The notes beneath the pieces were generated by a model. That model searched no databases and was not told where the DNA came from. It saw only the letters and a list, made by a program, of their open reading frames with translations. Position numbers and translations under genes: made by a program. Shown piece after piece: positions 60,868-64,000 of a DNA stretch of 64,000 nucleotides. The first letter of the stretch is position 1. Each line of letters begins with the position of its first letter. This DNA is from Hypanus sabinus. Lineage: Eukaryota. Location: the NCBI RefSeq assembly GCF_030144855.1, contig NC_082708.1, positions 43,152,001 through 43,216,000 of the forward strand. Reading direction: 5' to 3'.

Positions 60868-60949
60868 GTAAGTGACTTTTCTAAATCAGCAAGCGTATTG
60901 CAATCCTGACTGTAGGCATCTTCAATAAAGCATACTTCGTACTATCATA

Positions 60950-63070
60950 GATGCAAGAAGGAAAGGTGTAGGATAGTGCTGAAGATGAGGTAGCTGGTTT
61001 AACAACAGAGACAGTGTGTAGTGAAGGCTGTTAGTAGAGAAAAATTGCAGTCAACAGGATGAGTTCCAACATAAAAGACGGACAAAATTGAAAAGGGTGA
61101 ATACAGGACTGAAGATGTTATATTTGAATACGCACAGAACACGGAATACGGTAGATGAACTTGTGGCACAATTGCAGATTGGTATGTATGATGTTATAGG
61201 CAAGGGCGATGTTGCTCTGTTGGTGAAAAATGAAATTGAATCATTAGGAAGAAGTGACATAGGGTCGGAAGGCGTTGAATCATTCCGGATAGAGCTAAGG
61301 AATTGCAAGGGCAAAAAGATCCTGATGGGAGTTGTATACAGACCCCCAAACAGTAGTAAGGATGTGGTCTACAAATTACAATGGGAAATAGGAAATCCAT
61401 GCCAAAAGACAAATATTACAATCGTCATGGGGGATTTCAAGATGCAGTAGATTGGGAAAATCAGGTTAGTGCTGGATTGCAGGAGGGGAAATTTCTAGAG
61501 TGCCTATGAGGTTTTTTAGCTTGTGGTTGAGCCCATGAGGGGATTAGCTATTCTGGATTGGGCGTTGTACAATGAACCGGAATTGATTAGAGAGCTTTAG
61601 GTAAAAGAACCCTTAGGGGCAAGTGATCATAATATGATTGAATTCACCCTGAAGTTTGAGAAGGAGAAGCTAAAGTAAGGTGTATCATTATTACAGTGGA
61701 GTAAAGGGAATTGCAGAGGCATGAGAGATGAGTTGGCCAGTGTTGATTGGAAAAGAACACTGGCAGGGAAGATGGCAGAGCAGCAATGGCTGGAATTTCT
61801 GGAAGCAATCTGGAAGGCTCAGAATATATACATCCCTAAGAAGAAGTAGTATTCTAAAAGAAAGATGACATAACTGGCTAACAAAAGAAGTTAAGGTGAA
61901 GGATAATCCAAAGAGCTTCTACAGGTATATTAATAGCAAAAGGATAGTAAGGGATAAGTTTCTTGAAGATCAGAGTGGTCGGCTATGTATGGAACCAAAA
62001 GAAATGGGGAGATCTTAAATGTTTTTTTTTGCGTCTGTATTTACTAAGGAAACTGGCATGGAGTCAATGGAAATAAGGCAAACAAGTAGGGAGGTCATGA
62101 AATCTATACAGATTGAAGAGAAGGAGGTGCTTGCTATCTTGAGGCAAATCAGAGTAGATAAATCCCCAGGACCTGACAGGGTATTCCCTCGGACCTTGAA
62201 GGAGACTAGTGTTGAAATTACAGAGGCCTTAGTAGATATATTTTAAAAAATGTCGGTATCTATGGGTGAGGTGCCAGAGGATTGGAGGATAGCCCATGTT
62301 GTTCCATTGTTTAAAAAAGGCTGTAAAAGTAATCCAGGAAATTATAGGCCGGTAAGTTTGACATCAGTAGTAGGTAAATTATTGGAAGGAGTACTAAGAG
62401 ATGGGATCTACAAGTATTTAGATAGACAGGGACTTATTAGGGAAAGTCAACACGGCTTTGTGTGTTGTAGGTCATGTTTAACAAATCTGTTAGAGTTTTT
62501 CGAGGAGGTTACAAGGAAAGTGGATGAAGGGAAGGCAGTGGATGTTGTCTACATGGACTTCAGTAAGGCCTTTGACAAGGTCCCGCATGGGAGGTTAGTT
62601 AGGAAGATTCAATCGCTAGGTATACATGGTGAGGTAGTAAATTGGATTAGACATTGGCTCAATGGGAGAAGTCAGAGAGTGGTAGTGGAGGATTGCTTCT
62701 CTGAGTGGAGGCCTGTGACTAGTGGTGTGCCACAGGGATCAGTGCTGAGTCCATTGTTATTTGTCATCTGTCAATGATCTGGATGATAATGTGGTAAATT
62801 AGATCAGCAGATTTGCTGATGATACAAAGATTGGAGGTGTAGCGGACAGTGAGGAAGGTTTTCAAAGCTTGCAGAAGGATCTGGACCAGCTGGAAAAATG
62901 GGCTGAAAAATAGCAGATGGAGTTTAATACAGACAAGTGTGAGGTATTGCACTTTGGAAGGAAAAACCAAGGTAGAACATACAAGGTAAATGGTAGGGCA
63001 CTGAGAAGTGCAGTAGAACAGAGGGATCTAGGAAAACAGATACAAAATTCCCTAAAAGTGGCGTCACAGG
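60950..63070 (+). mobile_element. CR1 composite: family A endonuclease (to ~61890) joined to younger family B RT
   Basis: LKMLYLN..VVYRPPNS..MGDF is followed by VKDNPKSFYRY, KSPGPD, NYRPVSLTS and VTSGVPQGSVL. Confidence 0.88.
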
Positions 63071-63077
63071 TCACTCA

Positions 63078-63185
63078 AATTGTCCTGCCAAAGGGTTTCG
63101 ACCCGAAACATCAACTGTACTTTTTTCCATTGATGCTGCCTGGACTGCTGAGTTCCTCCAGCATTTTGTGTGTGTGTGTGTTGCA
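63078..63185 (+). mobile_element. Penelope-like terminal repeat with a degenerate hammerhead core
   Basis: The sequence reads GTCCTGCCAAAGGGTTTCGACCCGAAAC...GATGCTGCCTGGACTGCTGAGTTCCTCCAGCATTTTGTGTG. Confidence 0.65.
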
Positions 63186-64000
63186 GTAGGTGATTAAATA
63201 TAGTTTCAATAATCCAATTCATTTAAATATTTGAGTGTTGGCAAGCAGGTCCATAGGATTACATATTTGCACAGGGAGCATATCTCAACTGTTAAGGTGC
63301 TTCTGTAATTAGGAATACCTTTGCTTAAAAGAGCTTTGTTTTACCACTGTCTTAAGGAATAACTCCTTAGGTACACAAGCAGCCCTAATCCTGATTTGAC
63401 AGAGAAATGTCTGTAACCATGTGATGTGGCAGGATAACCAATCTGGGCACCTGAGAGAATCACTGGAAAACAGGCCCCACTCATCAATGCTGATCTGGTG
63501 GCACCCTGCTGAATTAATCTCATCTTCCAGACTTTGTCCATTGTCCTCTAGTCCTAAGTGACTGAATTCTCAATATTTTTAAAATGCTGTCAGCATCCCA
63601 GCTTCAAACACTTCTCAGGCAGTGCATTCCAGGTGCTTGCCACTTGTATTATCTCAAAATCTCTTTTCCCTTGCCCTAAATGTAAGCCCTTCTCTGATCT
63701 CTTCTGGGAGGTTCCAATGTAGTCTGATTAATATAAGCATTTATAAAACCTGGTTTCCCACATCTAATGCTTGCTTTCACTATCCATAATGTAGCTACGG
63801 CTGTTACATTATTTAACAAGCCGTCATAGGAAGAAATTGCTGTGGCAGTTTTCAAACACTGTCTCTTTAGTGACTTCCTGCTATGTTCCAGTAACCTGTA
63901 ATCTTTGGGACTCCTGTGTCTGTCTGATTATTGCAGGTTATTACATCTTAAATGGTTTATGAAGGTTCTTTCTCTTATCTTCTCATAATACCTGCCATAT

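Noticed and set aside
1-64000. Prokaryote-type systems (CRISPR arrays, retrons, operons) and true tRNA/rRNA genes
   Set aside because: No regularly spaced repeat-spacer arrays or operons were seen. All RT fragments belong to eukaryotic retroelements, and the Pol III boxes belong to SINEs.

Overview
Eukaryotic vertebrate genomic DNA, most likely from a cartilaginous fish (inferred from the CR1/Rex1/Penelope/V-SINE repeat content and the divergence of the host gene). The window lies inside one plus-strand gene, SPATA13 (ASEF2). Three coding exons with canonical splice sites and compatible phases are present: 39813-41615, 56982-57323 and 60723-60867. They encode the long disordered N-terminal region; the SH3/DH/PH exons lie beyond the window. 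The remainder is intron filled with nested, mostly decayed transposons: CR1 LINEs of several families, Rex1/Babar and RTE LINEs, SINEs, a full-length decayed Gypsy element, a two-LTR non-autonomous element with a tRNA-Ser-like primer site, a solo LTR, a BEL/Pao gag relic, Tigger and hAT DNA elements, and Penelope-like fragments with minimal hammerhead ribozyme motifs, some as inverted pairs. Almost all short ORFs in the track are transposon fragments or their antisense shadows. I did not find a convincing wholly new biological system. The best leads are the intronic hammerhead hairpins, the tRNA-Ser LTR element with a small transmembrane ORF, a twin-priming-type RTE inversion, a recombinant CR1 lineage and candidate unannotated SPATA13 5' exons. 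All family assignments come from motif recognition by eye and recalled sequences, not database searches. Repeat boundaries without a stated TSD or TIR are approximate.
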